A DNA stretch of 64,000 nucleotides from Macrostomum hystrix (Eukaryota > Animalia > Platyhelminthes), in assembly GCA_950097015.1 (NCBI GenBank), contig CATNEN010000038.1, positions 25,048,001-25,112,000 on the forward strand, written 5' to 3'. A program made the translations under genes and the position numbers. Under the pieces are notes generated by a model. That model was given only the letters and a program-made list of their open reading frames with translations, did not search any database and was not told the origin of the DNA. Positions 60,527 to 64,000 of the stretch are shown here, piece after piece (within the stretch, counting starts at the first letter, position 1; each line of letters begins with the position of its first letter).

Positions 60527-60952
60527 CCTAGACACTTCGTCATCCAGATGATGATCTGTCCAATATCTTAGAGGGTGGATGACAAGGAGACTTAGACTTG
60601 TGGACATTTCGTCATCTATAGGCCTAAAACAAAAGTTTTCAAAGTTAGAACAGAACCACCCCTCACCACCCCTCCTTACATCATGTTGGCACCTATCTTT
60701 TAACTCTTATAATGAAATCCATTTTGAAACCTCTTTTTGACAATTTAGAGTGTGAAGTGTGTTCACACCTCTGCTCCACCACCCCACCCTCACTTTATTG
60801 ATGATGAACTTGATTGCTTGTTATGCCTATTAAGATGACGAACTGACCAAACTTAAAAGCATGCCAATTGGCTGGATAACAAAGTGTCCTACCTTCCAAG
60901 TGGATGACGAAGTTGTAAGATGATGAAGTTGTAAGATGACAAAGTGTCTAGG
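60527..60952. mobile_element. Degenerate MITE
   Basis: Inverted termini cctagacacttcgtcatc / gatgacaaagtgtctagg; internal gatgac..agt sub-repeats. Confidence 0.6.
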
Positions 60953-60969
60953 AGTAGGATCCTAAAAAC

Positions 60970-61457
60970 GGTCCCAGGTCATTTCGGTGACAAGACATTT
61001 CGGTGACAGTCATTTTGGTGACAGAATTGGTCAGTTTGGTGACAACTATTTTTGCACCTAAATATGCTGAGAAAACAGCCTTCCACGATCCAGCAGCTGC
61101 TTAAAGCCTACACTCGCCTTGTCAATCCAAAACTTGAAAAAAGATTATTATACACATTAGGAACGAATAACTATTGAAACTATTGACTACTCATTAAATA
61201 ATTTAATAATTTAACTCATTTAAAGTAAAACCCAGACTTATTCAGAGCGATGCAGCTTCTTATTAATACTTTTAGCATTATTTAATTAATACTTTATAAG
61301 TGTGCATAGTTAAAATGGAAGGCCGTTTTTTAGCATATTTAGGTGCAAAAATAGGCCTAGTTGTCACCAATCTGACTAATTATGTCACTGAAATGACTTG
61401 AGTTGTCACCGAAATGACTGTCACCGAAATGTCTTGTCACCGAAATGACCTGGGACC
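60970..61457. mobile_element. MITE with long TIRs and 8-bp TSD
   Basis: Termini GGTCCCAGGTCATTTCGGTGACAAGACATTTCGGTGACAG... are inverted over ~115 bp; TSD ctaaaaac on both sides. Confidence 0.92.
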
Positions 61458-62163
61458 CTAAAAACAGCCCAATATATAGTTCAATGCATGACATGCTTAT
61501 AAATTTTATGAAATGCATAACTTAACATTGTGATAGATAGGCCTAGCTAGTTATGCTTGAAATCAATTGTAGAACTGTAAATTTAATAATTGACTATAGA
61601 CCATAAGTAGGCCTAATGAAGCCATGAAGCCATGCCGCATGGTGTTAGGCCTAGTAGGCCTAATGTCGTTATGCATCCTGCATGAGTCAGAGAACACTAT
61701 ACACTGAGGGCCTCTCAGTGAACATTCATGTCAAAATTTATTGGAAATTGGAAATACACAAATTATCAGCCTGTCTTTAGTTATATGAAAGCCTGTCCTT
61801 CAGGCTCAATTTAATTTTGTACACCAGTTAGCTAGCTAAGCTCTTGATCCAAGCCTTGATGTAAGATGTCTTGGAAAGCAGCCGAAAAGGAAAGTAGCTT
61901 TACACGCTATATAATATATCTAACTAATATCAGATGATATATATCTCATATATCTAACTTAGGTACGTAATCTTTTAGCTAAAAAGGAGCAGAGTATTCA
62001 ATAAAATAAATGAGATGTTTTAACGCGCAAAAATCGTGCGTTTAAATTCTTTTTTTCTAAGAAAGTCCTGCTCCTTGTAAACCACAGTTTAACTTACTTA
62101 CTTGCTTTTGCATATAATTAACTTTTATTTTTAACTGCATATACTCGGCCTGAAAATTTTACA

Positions 62164-63861
62164 ATGGCTGCTAAAAAGCTGTATAGACATGTCTTACAGG
62201 CCGTGCTTAATAATAGGTATCGGTCTGTTTCTCAGCAGTCGGAAAAACTTTCTTTGGTAAGTAAACAGGGTGCATAGACCCTGCTAAGTTGCTAGCGAGC
62301 TAAATTGTGTTCTTTTTAATCAAAGTAGCGAGTTTACGGTAGCCCTTACTAGTTGTCCTTGCATTTCGTTAATTAGTGCCATGCATTTCAGCGCCAGGTA
62401 TTTCAGTAGGTCCACCACTCAATCTGTTGCTGTTCATGTGTTAACGAGTATACTCATACCTTATTAAAGAATATATTTTTGAAGAGCAAGTTTATTGAAG
62501 ACTCTGGCCATACTATTGCATTTTTTGCACTTTGCACATTAGATGGCTAAGTTTACATGGCTACAATGTCCATGGTGCATTTCACATAAAATATTTAGGA
62601 TATTTTTTACATGGATTAAAGTCTAAAAAGTAAATATCTGAGTAAAATATAGATTTTTGCATGTCTAGTGTATCAGCATGGTTTAATTTATAATTAATAA
62701 TATTCCATATAAATTTTCTTCATATTAGTGCATACATGGAATCAACCAGCTAAATCTATAGAAATCTAAGATAAACTTTTTGACATTGTTGGTCATTTCT
62801 AAAAAAGTAATTTTCAGTACATCTGCTTGATATATAAATCGAATTTCAACCACAAAAAGTATTTTTCTTTTGTATTTTTGGGGTCTTTTGTGATATCTTC
62901 TTAAATATTTAATAGGCTTTTTTATAGGTAGGCCTAATTTCAATGAATTTTAACTAGTGATGTCTATTTTTGTGGATTTGGTCTCTATAGATACAACAAG
63001 GCAGTGGCTTGAGATCTGGCACTGGACCCTGGGATTATTAGTTCTATGCTCTACCAACTGAGCTAGCCAAACTTATCAACTGAAGCTATAAATGTTGCAT
63101 ATGTTTAAGAAAAAACAGTTGGATCTCTAGCCATTTAACATTAGGGTCTGTTGCCAGATGTCTAGCCATTTCCATACAACAATTTGTGCATGTTTATAGA
63201 AAAAATTATGTGATTTCCTGTTAGTAATCTTAAAAAATAGTAATCTATTGTGTAAATTTCAATTCAAAATCAAGTGCTAGATCATGGCTATTGACAGTCT
63301 AAAATTTGGCTATTTTATTTCTTTAGCACTGCTTTGCACTATTATACAGTTAGACAAAGCAGTGAATAAAATGGGCCAACATATAAAAAGTAAAAAATCT
63401 CTTTAAAATTTTTGGAAGCTTTCTCCATTTGCATAATCTAAATTTCAAACATCACAGGCAGGTAAGCATTTTTAAAAGATAATTTAAGGATACATTTTAT
63501 CATTTGGTAGGTTTAATATTGTATCTGACACTGTTGTTACTGTCCACTCATTATATTTTGAATTCGCAAAGTTTGGACCTAAATGTAAATATTTTTCATG
63601 TATAGGGTATCTGTTCACACTATAGTATTTTAGCAACTAAGATAACTACATAAGTAATTAATATCTGATATGGTTTATTTATTATATTTTACTTCAATTC
63701 TGAAATCGCAGGTGATACAACAGGACCCTCTGGTGCGTTACATCACTGGCGAGTTTAAACGACACCAGGCCACCCAGGAGATCAACTGTAAAGCGCGTAA
63801 TGAAGCAGCTTTTCTGGCTGACACATATCGCTGCTATCTGACTAGCTGGCAGAAGCATCAG
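62164..63861 (+). CDS. FMC1: FMC1 homolog (mitochondrial complex V assembly factor, LYR-like); exons 62164-62256 and 63712-63861; last exon outside window
   Basis: Not in the ORF track. The spliced product MAAKKLYRHVLQAVL...DPLVRYITGEFKRHQATQEINCKARNEAAFLADTYRCYLTSWQKHQ aligns to FMC1 AYRYLVKAFRAHRVTSEKLCRAQHELHFQAATYLCLLRSIRKH; phase-0 GT-AG intron. Confidence 0.8.
63008..63070 (-). pseudogene. Degenerate tRNA-Ile(AAT)-like sequence or SINE head in the FMC1 intron
   Basis: Minus strand TAGCTCAGTTGGTAGAGC..CTAATAA..CAGGGTC; T-arm and B box are broken. Confidence 0.55.
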
Positions 63862-64000
63862 GTTCGCGTGCACTTCAGTTCCTGTTGTTATCTATACAAT
63901 CTTGTTTATTTAGTTTTTAAATTCTATGAAGTGTTTTCACAGACACGAAGTTTTATTAACCTAAAAAATACAACAGCGGTTATATCACAACTTCGTTGCA

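Overview
This is AT-rich, intron-containing animal genomic DNA. It is packed with unrelated minisatellites, tRNA-derived SINEs and MITEs, a landscape that suggests a free-living flatworm such as Macrostomum (inference only). Genes supported by hand-assembled exons, in order: (1) a SAMD9-family AlbA_2/SIR2-like/STAND NTPase gene on the minus strand, with N-terminal micro-exons and a frameshift, running off the left edge; (2) a plus-strand gene of about 7,340 aa or more, in which an SH3-containing plakin domain (8 small exons) splices in frame onto a single ~19.7-kb exon of ~230 near-identical 24-aa repeats, flanked by LC8/DYNLL-type QT motifs and followed by a Q/H/P-rich tail; (3) a small-exon pseudogene candidate; (4) SLC35E3; (5) MRPL53; (6) a 4-exon kelch-repeat gene; (7) the first two coding exons of FMC1. 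The plakin-headed giant repeat protein is the stand-out candidate for an undescribed system. Most other long ORFs in the track are satellite or antisense artefacts. All family assignments come from remembered motif similarity; no database searches were run.
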